Positions 47,198 to 56,929 are shown, counted from the stretch's first letter. The stretch: 64,000 nucleotides of DNA from a virus (IMGVR_UViG_3300027509_000001:1-64000); one strand, 5' to 3'. Notes: generated from the letters alone by a model not told the origin. Program-made: numbers and translations.

Positions 47198-48061
47198 TTA
47201 GTTTAAATAGTTCCTGAATTTAATTGCAAATTTTGTTTGAAAATTTAACTGTTCATCTGTAAATCTGTCAACGAAGCAACTATAATTCATATGATTAATA
47301 CAATATTCTAATTTAGAATCTAGTCCCATGTCTACTTTTGTTGAGTCTGGATATTGCCAAGGGTGATCAAGGCCTAACCAATGCCCTATTTCATGGATTA
47401 AGGAAGATCCTACTTCATATTGAAACAGGCCCTCAAATGAAATAGCAATTGCATTATATTCTGGAGAAAATAATGGATATAATTCTGGCTTCTTTAGCGT
47501 TGGCGTAAATCCTAATAAGGTTTGCCCATTCTTTTTGTTAGTTGTCATGACAAATATATTTATAGATGTACTATCACTGTAATCAGCTAATAGTTTTCCA
47601 TAGTATGTTTTAATAGGATTCTTTCCACCGTATAAATAATCGTCGTACATTTCATCTAAACTGTATACAGAATTAAAATAATGTATAGAGTCAATCATAC
47701 TAAAAATTATTGATCCTTTATATGCTTCATTAAGAGAATTGTGAGAAGCGATCAATAACTCTATATCATTTTCGTTTAGTTTGACAGTGTCATTTGAAAC
47801 GCCAATATGATATTTAATATTAAAAATTGGAGATTTGTCAATGCTTATATCCTCATTAATTAAACTGTCGATTATTTCAGGGTTGCATTCGTTTCCTACA
47901 CATTCTAATGGCAATTCCTCAGTTGGCAATTTAGATGTATTATCTGTTTTACATCCAGAGATTATTAATATTAAACATATTATAAATAATTTTTTCATAA
48001 GGTTACTTTTAATTGATGACAACATGTGCCTTTTTAAATTTTTGCAATAAACCATGCGCAT
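47198..48061 (-). CDS. metzincin-type zinc metalloprotease lipoprotein
   Basis: Lipobox 'LIISGCKTD'; 'HEIGHWLGLDHP' = HExxHxxGxxH zinc site. Confidence 0.6.
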   Translation of the reverse strand: MRMVYCKNLKRHMLSSIKSNLMKKLFIICLILIISGCKTDNTSKLPTEELPLECVGNECNPEIIDSLINEDISIDKSPIFNIKYHIGVSNDTVKLNENDIELLIASHNSLNEAYKGSIIFSMIDSIHYFNSVYSLDEMYDDYLYGGKNPIKTYYGKLLADYSDSTSINIFVMTTNKKNGQTLLGFTPTLKKPELYPLFSPEYNAIAISFEGLFQYEVGSSLIHEIGHWLGLDHPWQYPDSTKVDMGLDSKLEYCINHMNYSCFVDRFTDEQLNFQTKFAIKFRNYLN

Positions 48062-48407
48062 ATTTTAATGCCGGTCTGTTATTATAATTACCAAAAATAA
48101 TTACTTTTTCTGCTTTTTTTATTAGTTTTTTATACCTATCGAATTCCTGACTAATATGATACGCCTTTCCATAATAAGAATCTTTTTCAGCCGAATATAG
48201 TTTTCTTCCAGTCCAAGAAGGATTATACTCGACATATGTCATGCCAAAATGCAATGCATATTTTTTAATCACTTCGTCGGGTCCAGTTGCACCTCCCGAT
48301 AATATTGTTACATTTGATTTAAATTTATCATGTAACGACGCCATTGTCTTTATAACTTTAGACTTTTGTATATAATCTGGATCTCCGAATACTCCTACGT
48401 AAAACAT
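48009..48407 (-). CDS. SLOG-domain (LOG/DprA-like) protein
   Basis: 'ILSGGATGPDEV' resembles the GGAxGxD nucleotide-binding motif. Confidence 0.35.
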   Translation of the reverse strand: MFYVGVFGDPDYIQKSKVIKTMASLHDKFKSNVTILSGGATGPDEVIKKYALHFGMTYVEYNPSWTGRKLYSAEKDSYYGKAYHISQEFDRYKKLIKKAEKVIIFGNYNNRPALKYAHGLLQKFKKAHVVIN

Positions 48408-49360
48408 GCCGTTACTCTTTTATTTTTTGGGCAAAGATCTTCTCTATCTTTATATGCGCAAAATGTACAATTATATGAATTTACTCCTTTTATAGCAGGA
48501 TATTCTATGTCTTTATTATATGAACCATCTGGATTAAATGCCTTGTTAATAAACTTTAATAACTTTTTTTCTGATTTATTAACTGATGGTTTCCCTGATG
48601 ATGGCTTGAATTCTTGCACCCTTTTAATTGGCCACATACTGTCTGGATTTATTTTCCTTCTAACAATAAAAAATGACACTTTTATTTTCGCTTCGGGAAC
48701 ACCATATTGAGCAGACATATACCGTTTATACAGTAATATTTGATCTGATTTATCTTTATTCTTTTTGTCTTTTTCTGACCATCCTCGTGTACTTGTCTTA
48801 ATATCGATTATATGATATTCGTCGGCATTTTCATCGTAAAATACGAGATCTAAAAATCCCATAAATTTTAAATTTTCAAATTCTTCTGATGGAGACCACA
48901 TTATTGGTAACTCTATACCAATTAATTGCACCTTTTTTGTCGTGAAATACTTGCCCCGATTTGATTTTATAAATTTAAGTATCTCTACTCCATCGGTATA
49001 AAATTCAGCTAATTGTTCTGGCGTAGAAAAATGCTTTTTATATTTTTTAAAATCATCTAGGTACAGTTCTCGTATCCGTGCCTTAAGCATATCTTCTATT
49101 GGCAATGCCATCGAGGCTTTTACTGTTTTTGTGTACATAATTTTTAGCCACTCTTGAAGTACTTCATGCATTGCATTTCCAAATACTAAATGAATAGATG
49201 GTCCATCAAGTCTTTCCTTTTTAATATATCGAAGCTCCCATTGCTTTGGACAAGTATTATATTTAGATATTTGCGATGCAGATATTACGTTATCTGTTTC
49301 AGATTTGCCGGCAATTCCCAATTTGAAAATACCACTAACCCACGTTTGTTCATTTTTCAA
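48395..49360 (-). CDS. RecB-family PD-(D/E)xK exonuclease with a Cas4-like Cys cluster
   Basis: N-terminal 'CPKQWELRY', 'IIDIKTS' (D..K), C-terminal 'CTFCAYKDREDLCP'. Confidence 0.55.
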   Translation of the reverse strand: MKNEQTWVSGIFKLGIAGKSETDNVISASQISKYNTCPKQWELRYIKKERLDGPSIHLVFGNAMHEVLQEWLKIMYTKTVKASMALPIEDMLKARIRELYLDDFKKYKKHFSTPEQLAEFYTDGVEILKFIKSNRGKYFTTKKVQLIGIELPIMWSPSEEFENLKFMGFLDLVFYDENADEYHIIDIKTSTRGWSEKDKKNKDKSDQILLYKRYMSAQYGVPEAKIKVSFFIVRRKINPDSMWPIKRVQEFKPSSGKPSVNKSEKKLLKFINKAFNPDGSYNKDIEYPAIKGVNSYNCTFCAYKDREDLCPKNKRVTACFT

Positions 49361-49811
49361 TTTTCAATAATTTTTTAATTTCCGAATTAGTTTTTCCATA
49401 TGCAATTAAGTAATCTGAAACTAGGTCTAAACCATTCAATGTTAATAATATATTCATCATATCTATAGCCTCTGTCTTACTAATTTCTTCAGTCCTTGAT
49501 ATCATAGATATTAGATCATCTTTAAATTTAGCAGACTTAGAAGCTTTAATATATTTTGAATAAAATCCTTTTTGTTTTGGTAAAAGATCTAGATATAGTT
49601 TGTATACCATTTCCGGACTTAATGTTTGCATTGTATATGGCTGCAACATGTTGATAAATCCAATTAATTCCATATCCATAGACAAAAATCTATTAACCAT
49701 ATATACAGAAAACGATTTTCTATCTGCTTCGGATAAATCTGACCATTTTACTTTTTTAGTAAACAGATTTCGAATATGATCAAATAATGATTTAGTTTTT
49801 ATTACTCCCAT
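49350..49811 (-). CDS. hypothetical protein (possible gp62-like clamp-loader small subunit)
   Basis: The position between clamp-loader and clamp genes and the size are suggestive; no firm motif. Confidence 0.3.
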   Translation of the reverse strand: MGVIKTKSLFDHIRNLFTKKVKWSDLSEADRKSFSVYMVNRFLSMDMELIGFINMLQPYTMQTLSPEMVYKLYLDLLPKQKGFYSKYIKASKSAKFKDDLISMISRTEEISKTEAIDMMNILLTLNGLDLVSDYLIAYGKTNSEIKKLLKIEK

Positions 49812-50071
49812 TATGATCCTGTTTCTGCTTCCATGTTTATTAAACCATCTATATCTGCTTCCAATGGGGTTTCACATTGATTGCATAAATGTATAGGTAT
49901 TGGTATCATGACATTTCCAGGTTTGTCCATTGGAGTCGCTGACAAAGTTGCTAAGGCGAATTTAGAAATTGTCCTTAGTGCCACAACTTGTTTGAAGAAT
50001 ATACCATCGCACTCTTTACAAGTAACTCCAGTAGATTTAGATAATACTGCTTTATTCAAAGGTCCATCCAT
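49811..50071 (-). CDS. zinc-ribbon protein
   Basis: 'CKECDG...CNQCE'. Confidence 0.4.
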   Translation of the reverse strand: MDGPLNKAVLSKSTGVTCKECDGIFFKQVVALRTISKFALATLSATPMDKPGNVMIPIPIHLCNQCETPLEADIDGLINMEAETGS

Positions 50072-50522
50072 TGTCTAATAATTTGTTTCGTAATCGATTT
50101 AGTTTATATTGTTTATGAGGCATTATATCATCTATTAGATTTCCCATTTCTTCAACTTGGGATAACATAATCATGACATCTGCTAATTCTTCGCATAAAT
50201 TATCGTAAGTTTTGTTATTAGGACTTCTCCTATATTTCCTTATTGCCAATGCCAATTCTATACATTCTTCTTGAACCATATCCAATTGTTGGTCATGCCC
50301 CCATAATTCTACGGCGCCTGCGTATATTTGATCATCTGATATCTTTGTTAGTTTTTTTATTAATTCTTTATCTTTTAAAGCCCGATCAGTATAATCTCTT
50401 TCAATTGAATGGCCACATTTCCAACATGCTTTAAATCCATCTTCTGGTTTTGTTGATTTGCCTGTATCGTGGCCGCAGTTTTTGCAAGGCTGATACCATA
50501 CATCATAATCTCCTAATTTCAT
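50052..50522 (-). CDS. zinc-ribbon + MazG-like pyrophosphatase fusion
   Basis: N-terminal 'CKNCGHD..CWKCGH'; C-terminal 'VQEECIELALAI...LCEELADVMIML' (EExxE/E..D). Confidence 0.5.
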   Translation of the reverse strand: MKLGDYDVWYQPCKNCGHDTGKSTKPEDGFKACWKCGHSIERDYTDRALKDKELIKKLTKISDDQIYAGAVELWGHDQQLDMVQEECIELALAIRKYRRSPNNKTYDNLCEELADVMIMLSQVEEMGNLIDDIMPHKQYKLNRLRNKLLDNGWTFE

Positions 50523-51253
50523 ATTTCCATAATTAATTCGGTTAACAATGCCATTGCATTCAATTCCTTGTCAATGCATAAACTGTCTTGATATGCATAT
50601 TTCCCAATAACTAAAATAACTGGAGCGATTTTATTTGGAGCATATTGGTCTAGATTATTAAATAAGTAGGAATATAATTCATCAAAAGACCTAACTTTAC
50701 TATCTGCAACTATTTGTCTAATAGATTTAAATTTATCTTTTGGATTTTTATTAGATGCCAATTCGGTTACTACTTTTGAAAGATAATTACTTTCCATTCT
50801 AGTGGCTTCTGACAATGCTAGTTTACCACCAATTGAATTTGTTTGCAGTAAATTTATAACCAACCTAATGTCCGGATATCCTTGGTTTACAAGCGTAGCC
50901 AAATCTTGTTTATTGAATTCAACATTTTCTTCTTTAAGTATTTGCACCATTCGCAATGCTACTTCCTTTTTAGATGGAGGTATAACGTTAAAAGAAACAC
51001 ATCTAGATTGCAATGCTTCGATTATTTTCTCTACATAATTACATGTTAATATGAACCTACAATGCTTTGAAAAAGTTTCCATTACATTACGCAATGCCGC
51101 CTGGGCGTTGGGGGTTAGAAAATCACAATTGTGAGTTAACGTTTCATTTTGCCCGATATAGAAGTTATGATTTCCCTCTACAGATATATCGTATACGTGA
51201 CCAGTCTTATTTAATTTCTTTACGCTTTTTATTTTTATTTGTTCCAATTCCAT
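50519..51253 (-). CDS. C-intein segment fused to the C-terminal half of a gp44/RFC-like clamp-loader ATPase
   Basis: N-terminal 'GHVYDISVEGNHNFYIGQNETLTHN|C' (intein blocks F/G plus the +1 Cys), then sensor-1 'FILTCN' and 'SRC' RFC boxes. Confidence 0.65.
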   Translation of the reverse strand: MELEQIKIKSVKKLNKTGHVYDISVEGNHNFYIGQNETLTHNCDFLTPNAQAALRNVMETFSKHCRFILTCNYVEKIIEALQSRCVSFNVIPPSKKEVALRMVQILKEENVEFNKQDLATLVNQGYPDIRLVINLLQTNSIGGKLALSEATRMESNYLSKVVTELASNKNPKDKFKSIRQIVADSKVRSFDELYSYLFNNLDQYAPNKIAPVILVIGKYAYQDSLCIDKELNAMALLTELIMEI

Positions 51254-52235
51254 CGTATAATTTTTGAAGTTGTATTTTATTTTTTTCTAATTTAAAATCT
51301 GTTTCGTCAATATAATCAAGTATATTATATTCATTAACCCATATGAATTTTATATCATTGTCCTTGCAGTAATTTATGACAGATTGCATTTTATGTTTTT
51401 GCTTTTGCCATTGTGATTTTGGTTTTATTTCAAATAGTATATTCTTCTCTAGATCATGAAAATCTGCAATATATGTTCGGGACTTTCCATTTGCATCTAC
51501 ATATGGAATTCTTAATTTTTCATATAGCAAATGCTTATTTGAAGCCCAGAAACATGCCTCCCAAGAACTTCTAAATTTAAATTCGTTACCATCGAAATAT
51601 ATAATAGATGTCCAATGCGTCCAACTATTGCTAATAGGAGGAAAGAATTCTCCGTTTGCAATTTTCCTTTTCATTGTAATGCTATTTTTCAAAGCCACTT
51701 GCTTTAAATTTTCCTGCCCTTTTTCGGTTTTGTAAAATTCAGTCATTTTAATTGAGTTCTTTTTTCCGATCCGTTTAGCTACTTTGTTGCCTTCAGATGT
51801 TTTATAAAAATTCAATTTTGCTTTAGATATCTTATCTTTAGTTTCTTCACTTTGTGGTTTTCTGTTCCATGTTCGATTTTTAACACACTCTTTGCAATAT
51901 TTTCCTGTGAATCTACCTTCTCGATTACAAGAACATTTTTTAATAGTACCATGTTTTTTAACAAGTATTTTACATTCCTTACAGTATTTTGAATTCCAAG
52001 CATTTGCAGTATACCCGTTATTGCAATCTTCGCATATGTGCTCTTTGAAGTATACTACTCCGCCAAAATTATTTCTTTTTGCTGCAATTGACAATTTTCT
52101 TTTATATTCAAAAACTAGTTCATCGTATTGAACTTTACTAATGATTCCTGCCGCTAGTTTTTCTTTCCATATTACAAACGGTGATGTATTTTTTACCTGT
52201 ACTTTCATGTTTAATATATAGTTCTGCTTGAGCAA
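51207..52235 (-). CDS. free-standing homing-endonuclease-like gene between the intein halves
   Basis: Multiple zinc ribbons (CEDC..CKEC..CSC..CKEC), NUMOD-like K-rich repeats, C-terminal 'IADFHDLEKNILFEIKPK' (PD-(D/E)xK-like). Starts at TTG, in frame, 2 codons after the TAATAA that closes the N-intein ORF. Confidence 0.5.
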   Translation of the reverse strand: MLKQNYILNMKVQVKNTSPFVIWKEKLAAGIISKVQYDELVFEYKRKLSIAAKRNNFGGVVYFKEHICEDCNNGYTANAWNSKYCKECKILVKKHGTIKKCSCNREGRFTGKYCKECVKNRTWNRKPQSEETKDKISKAKLNFYKTSEGNKVAKRIGKKNSIKMTEFYKTEKGQENLKQVALKNSITMKRKIANGEFFPPISNSWTHWTSIIYFDGNEFKFRSSWEACFWASNKHLLYEKLRIPYVDANGKSRTYIADFHDLEKNILFEIKPKSQWQKQKHKMQSVINYCKDNDIKFIWVNEYNILDYIDETDFKLEKNKIQLQKLYDGIGTNKNKKRKEIK

Positions 52236-52241
52236 AACTTA

Positions 52242-52877
52242 TTAAATAATCGGTGTACCTGGAGAAATTATTGATTCATACGTATGCAATTCATCGGTCT
52301 TTACAACCTTTATTTCATTGTTCTCATCGTAAACATGCCATTTATGCTCAGCAGTACATTTCACTGTTTCTCCATTTTCTAATTCTATTTCCCATAATTC
52401 TTGTTCTCCTTTATCCCAAAAATAAAATGGTTGCCATTCGATTTGATTTGTTTTGAAGTTGTAACTTTTTACTAAGTCAGTTTCTTCTATTAATTCTTCA
52501 ATTGGAACCTTTATATAATTTCCCTCTCTGAGAATACTTACTAGCGTCCCTTCTAATAAACACTCATCAAGAATTATAACTTTCCAGTCATTAAATCCTA
52601 CATTCGAAGCAAATGTTTTTACCTTATTTCTAATAACTTCTACACTATTTTCATCTGAAGCATTAATATAAATGTGATCGCAATTAATTTCTGATACTAA
52701 AATTTTTGCGAGGGATGTTTTTCCAGTCCCAGAACTTGCATGTAGCAATAAATGTGGCATGTCATTATTATCAATATAATTTGCTATGGCCTTTTTAATA
52801 TCTTCGTTTCCAATATATTCAGACATTGTTTTTGGACGATAGCGTTCCGCCCATAACGAATTAGTTAATTTGTTCAT
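52242..52877 (-). CDS. N-terminal half of a gp44/RFC-like clamp-loader ATPase fused to an N-intein segment
   Basis: RFC box 'WAERYRPKT', Walker A 'ASSGTGKTS', Walker B 'VIILDE', then 'CLLEGTLVSIL' (intein block A) and 'CTAEHKWH' (block B), ending in TAATAA. Confidence 0.65.
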   Translation of the reverse strand: MNKLTNSLWAERYRPKTMSEYIGNEDIKKAIANYIDNNDMPHLLLHASSGTGKTSLAKILVSEINCDHIYINASDENSVEVIRNKVKTFASNVGFNDWKVIILDECLLEGTLVSILREGNYIKVPIEELIEETDLVKSYNFKTNQIEWQPFYFWDKGEQELWEIELENGETVKCTAEHKWHVYDENNEIKVVKTDELHTYESIISPGTPII

Positions 52878-53899
52878 AAGTTAGTTATTAATGAAATGAA
52901 ATTATCTTTAGTATAATGAGGATCAAATTGTTTAAAGATCTTAATTTTATTTTCTTGATAATTTTCTATATATGATTTAATAGTGTTTAAAAATTCCTTT
53001 CGATTTCTAATAAAATTTATAAAAGGAGGTTTTATTAATTTAGGACTACATCCAATATTTATACCCATGTCAATTAATGCCTGAGATTTTATTGTTAATG
53101 GCAATGCCCCTAAACATAATGCATGATAATAGTCACTTGGGTTTAAATTTAATTCTTGCATGTTAATTAATGCCATGGCAGATTTAAGAATATATTTAGT
53201 TTGCAGATAAAAATTATTTTTAATTTGCTGCAAATCTATAAAATTATATTCTGTTAATTCTTTTTGTAAAATGCCTATCATTTTTTGGGATGCATTTTTT
53301 GTATATGGATTTGATTTTACATTAAATGCAATTTCAGAAGTCATTAACTTATCATTACCATATTCTATCTTTAGATATTCGAATGGTAAATTCATTAAGG
53401 TTGCAGGTTTGAATATTTTACCTGTAAAGTCTTTTTGGTGCTTCTGTGTCGTTGTTATATTAATATTGTATATGTTGGCTAAGTGCTTCTCATATCTCAC
53501 GACATACGCTTTCCTAGAACGTTGGAAGCTATTATAATACATTCCAGTTACATTCCAAATTCCGTCATTCCAAATTCCGATTGAAAATATGTCAACAGAG
53601 TTTAACTTTGTATATTCCTGAAGATGCATTGCAATGTCATTTCTTGCATCTGTGAATAATACAATGTCTCCAGATCTAATGTTATCGATCTCTTTAAACA
53701 ATTTTGCCATTAATAGATTATTAAAATTTACTCGATGCAAATAATTGCTATTTGGAATGACTCGATTAACTGATATTAGATTTGTTTTTAGTCCGTATAG
53801 TTGAAGATCTTCCGATAAATGTGGTTGGATAACTCTCCACTCAGAATTTATCCAATTATACGGACATATTGTGTCAATAATGTGTAGAGTCCTACTCAA
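52874..53899 (-). CDS. hypothetical protein
   Basis: 341-aa ORF. Confidence 0.45.
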   Translation of the reverse strand: MSRTLHIIDTICPYNWINSEWRVIQPHLSEDLQLYGLKTNLISVNRVIPNSNYLHRVNFNNLLMAKLFKEIDNIRSGDIVLFTDARNDIAMHLQEYTKLNSVDIFSIGIWNDGIWNVTGMYYNSFQRSRKAYVVRYEKHLANIYNINITTTQKHQKDFTGKIFKPATLMNLPFEYLKIEYGNDKLMTSEIAFNVKSNPYTKNASQKMIGILQKELTEYNFIDLQQIKNNFYLQTKYILKSAMALINMQELNLNPSDYYHALCLGALPLTIKSQALIDMGINIGCSPKLIKPPFINFIRNRKEFLNTIKSYIENYQENKIKIFKQFDPHYTKDNFISLITNL

Positions 53900-54107
53900 T
53901 TATCTTAAGGTATTTAGTCTCTGTAATACTAGTCACAGACCATTCAAATACATCGGTCCTTAGCATCTCTGTAATCTTTGCTTCTGCATCTGTTGGACTG
54001 ACGGCATTGACTAGATAATCTTCATTAGATTTTTTAATCTTTCCAGTATCTGCTTGTTCGACTAGTCTAGTTATTTTAACTTTCCAGTATAAATTTGTTT
54101 TTTTCAT
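53892..54107 (-). CDS. hypothetical protein
   Basis: 71-aa ORF. Confidence 0.35.
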   Translation of the reverse strand: MKKTNLYWKVKITRLVEQADTGKIKKSNEDYLVNAVSPTDAEAKITEMLRTDVFEWSVTSITETKYLKIIE

Positions 54108-54189
54108 AATTTGTATTTAAAAATTTAAAAATTTTTTATGCGCAAAAATTTAACACACAAGGCCTTTTGACCATTCTTATGCGCAGATA

Positions 54190-54648
54190 TTATAAGAAAT
54201 ACGTTGCTGAATTTTTTTCGTGTTCTCTGAATTCACATGAAACTAGTCTCACCCTTCCCCCAGTTTCGGCGTCTACCCAAGCCGCTATGTGATTTCCTAT
54301 AAATTCTGCAAATCTTTCTGCTCCAGTATCTTCTACTATTCTCAATTGAATTATTCCCATGGAATCTAGATCTAGGAATTGCTCTAATGCTGGGTCATCT
54401 TCTGCTATAATCGTAGTATGATCTAGTAACCAACTTAACCATTCGTCTGGGCTTACTCCATCTATCAGGCATTTTGCCCTTTTAAAGCCTCCGAAATCAA
54501 ACACCCAATTTCTAGGATCTAATTGGCCTTGAAATGTAAATTTTACAGAAGTCCCATAACCATGTAAGAAACGACAATGAGTCTTTTCTGCTCTCCATTG
54601 CCTGAAAGTAGTACTATAACCGTCTTTTATTTTTGTTGATTGATACAT
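54190..54648 (-). CDS. QueD / 6-pyruvoyl-tetrahydropterin-synthase-like protein
   Basis: 'FRQWRAEKTHCRFLHGYGTSVKF' resembles the PTPS/QueD 'AAHRL..HKCGRLHGHSF' signature. Confidence 0.4.
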   Translation of the reverse strand: MYQSTKIKDGYSTTFRQWRAEKTHCRFLHGYGTSVKFTFQGQLDPRNWVFDFGGFKRAKCLIDGVSPDEWLSWLLDHTTIIAEDDPALEQFLDLDSMGIIQLRIVEDTGAERFAEFIGNHIAAWVDAETGGRVRLVSCEFREHEKNSATYFL

Positions 54649-55176
54649 TTATATGATATTTATTACTCTTGAATTTCTATTTAAACCATTTAGGTCATCC
54701 ATACCCCATCCCGTGAGCCATTCTCCTTCTTCCACCTCAATTCCAGTGATTATTTCTCTGTAGTAGTCATTTAAAAATGAATGGTCAACTCCTTTCCTTT
54801 TACATAATGCTACAAAATATAAATCATAAGCTCCATTAACATGTTTCGCTAGGCCCTTTGCAGTATTTCCAGAATCTAAAATGTCGTCATAAAAATAAAT
54901 CCTTTTAACACCTTCTGGAATATTAATGTTGTTCATAATTTCTATGAACTCTTCTTGTGTCTTTCCATTATACGAACGGGTTCGAATAAAATCAATGTGA
55001 GTATTAATATCTAAGCTAATTGATTTCATAACATGCGTGAAAAACATGAATCCGCCTCTTAAAACACATATTGATAATATTGGATCTGAATTATCGTATT
55101 CGCATTCTTCAATTTTCTTAGTTATGTTTCTTCTGATTGCATTTTCAATATCATGTTCAAAATATGCTTTTTTCAT
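54649..55176 (-). CDS. type I phosphoribosyltransferase (HPRT-like)
   Basis: PRPP-binding motif 'RIYFYDDILDSGNTAKG'. Confidence 0.55.
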   Translation of the reverse strand: MKKAYFEHDIENAIRRNITKKIEECEYDNSDPILSICVLRGGFMFFTHVMKSISLDINTHIDFIRTRSYNGKTQEEFIEIMNNINIPEGVKRIYFYDDILDSGNTAKGLAKHVNGAYDLYFVALCKRKGVDHSFLNDYYREIITGIEVEEGEWLTGWGMDDLNGLNRNSRVINII

Positions 55177-55394
55177 AAGTTTCTTTTGTCAAGTATTACT
55201 AATTTTTCTACAATATAGAGATTATTTTCGCTTACTAATACGGCATAAAAGGTCTTTCTACTTCGATGTTGGGCGTATATAAAGTTCCTTACCTTTCCTT
55301 CGTATTTTGCTAAAAACCTGTCTCCACGTTTGAATTTTTTCGCCATAATAAAAATAAAAATATTTAATTGAAAAGCCCAACCCGCTGGCGCCAA
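55173..55394 (-). CDS. hypothetical protein
   Basis: 73-aa ORF. Confidence 0.35.
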   Translation of the reverse strand: MAPAGWAFQLNIFIFIMAKKFKRGDRFLAKYEGKVRNFIYAQHRSRKTFYAVLVSENNLYIVEKLVILDKRNL

Positions 55395-55460
55395 ATATAA
55401 TTGTTAATAAAGATGGATGATTTTCTCCACAAATACCTAATAAATGTCGAATTGTTTCTA

Positions 55461-56120
55461 TCATATTTTTTCCATTAAAGAAATTGATTTTGTTTGTGGC
55501 CACCTACTATTGTGGTCTTTTTTACCATAGCCACAGACATACCCATTAACACTTTCATCATCTACTAAAGTTATTGCAGACATTGCAAAGTTTCGATTAT
55601 CGGCTATTACTGCTGGCTTGTTGGGACCTACTAAGTATACTTCCTGTCCTTGAATTTCGGCGCAATAATCCACTATCTGATCTGTTTCTTCATAAGCTAT
55701 GACAACTGAATACCTTTCGTTGTCAACATCGTCTTGCTCAGCTTTGTTGTCATATTGATATTTAGTATAGAATTCAAAATCAAATTCTAAATATGACAAC
55801 AACTTAGATACAAACATGAAAGAGTCTTGCATGTTACATACCACAATATCGATATCCTTACCCCGATACAATAAATTCAATCTTTTAGCTAATTTTTTGA
55901 TCGCCTGAGTGATGTGTTTTCCTTGCAAGATCGTATGGTCTTTATACATTGGCGAAGTTTCTTCATGTTCGTGAACAATGCTTTTAAAAGCTATATCATA
56001 TAATTGTGGCAATAATTCGTAAGGCACATTTGCTTCAAAGCTATTTACCGCACTAATCACTTCATTCCTAATATATAACCCGCTTGCTTCTTCTAATATT
56101 TCTTCTATTGATAATTTCAT
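55461..56120 (-). CDS. hypothetical protein
   Basis: 219-aa ORF. Confidence 0.45.
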   Translation of the reverse strand: MKLSIEEILEEASGLYIRNEVISAVNSFEANVPYELLPQLYDIAFKSIVHEHEETSPMYKDHTILQGKHITQAIKKLAKRLNLLYRGKDIDIVVCNMQDSFMFVSKLLSYLEFDFEFYTKYQYDNKAEQDDVDNERYSVVIAYEETDQIVDYCAEIQGQEVYLVGPNKPAVIADNRNFAMSAITLVDDESVNGYVCGYGKKDHNSRWPQTKSISLMEKI

Positions 56121-56125
56121 TTGAA

Positions 56126-56857
56126 TTATTGTTGTCCAGCTACTAAATAATATTTAGATCTAAAATCTTCTCCAGAAAATGTTGCTATTAACAATCCTTG
56201 AGAACTCAATGAAACCTTTCCTGTTTCTGCGTCTTTATTTGAGTTTAAAACGTCTAAAAATTGATTTCCATCAAATAACAATGTTTCAAAACCAGCAGGT
56301 GCTTCAACGTCTATTGGAATTTTAATGTTGTTTGTATTTGTTTTGGAATAATTAACAACTAACTCAATAGATCCATTGTTATTGGTAAAGGCTATAACAT
56401 CTGATTCAGCGATCGCCTTTTTAGCCTTAATATAGTTATCTGTAAAAATTGAGTTTACTTCAATTGTTACTTCTCCAGTTGGTATATCCTTTAATTCTGG
56501 TGGTGCTTTTATAACATCTAAATCTGACAATACAAATGTTACATTGAATTGATCGTCTTTTAATAGAATGTTAGCTTTTCTTCCTCCAACTTCTTGAACA
56601 GTAATGTTGAATTCATTTTGAAGGATCTTGATCATGTTTTCCAACTTAGTGGTTTCGTAAACACCGAATTCTCCTATTGGAAATTCAACATTCAAAACTT
56701 GGACGAAACCTAATAAACTCTTATCCTCAGTAATAAAAGACGTCGTTAATTTTGTTCCATCTGAAACCATTTTTATAGCATTATCAGGTCTTCCTGAAGC
56801 GTTTGCATCCAGATTATATTTCTGAATGAATTTTAAGATACTCGATTTATTTATCAT
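56126..56857 (-). CDS. sliding clamp (T4 gp45-like)
   Basis: 243 aa, sits next to the polymerase and clamp-loader genes, and resembles gp45 in overall composition; tentative. Confidence 0.4.
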   Translation of the reverse strand: MINKSSILKFIQKYNLDANASGRPDNAIKMVSDGTKLTTSFITEDKSLLGFVQVLNVEFPIGEFGVYETTKLENMIKILQNEFNITVQEVGGRKANILLKDDQFNVTFVLSDLDVIKAPPELKDIPTGEVTIEVNSIFTDNYIKAKKAIAESDVIAFTNNNGSIELVVNYSKTNTNNIKIPIDVEAPAGFETLLFDGNQFLDVLNSNKDAETGKVSLSSQGLLIATFSGEDFRSKYYLVAGQQ

Positions 56858-56877
56858 TTTTTTTAATTTTGAAGTGG

Positions 56878-56897
56878 CTTAAATATACGTAAAATAT
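56878..56897 (-). promoter_or_regulatory. promoter-like motif B copy
   Basis: 'cttaaatatacgtaaaatat' equals 24573-24592. Confidence 0.35.
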
Positions 56898-56929
56898 TTC
56901 ACATATCCAAATTTATCTGCATTTCCATT

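Noticed and set aside
51812-52131. Short ORFs 51812..52003 (-) and 51892..52131 (+) inside the HEG-like gene
   Set aside because: Alternative-frame or antisense overlaps of a longer, motif-supported ORF.
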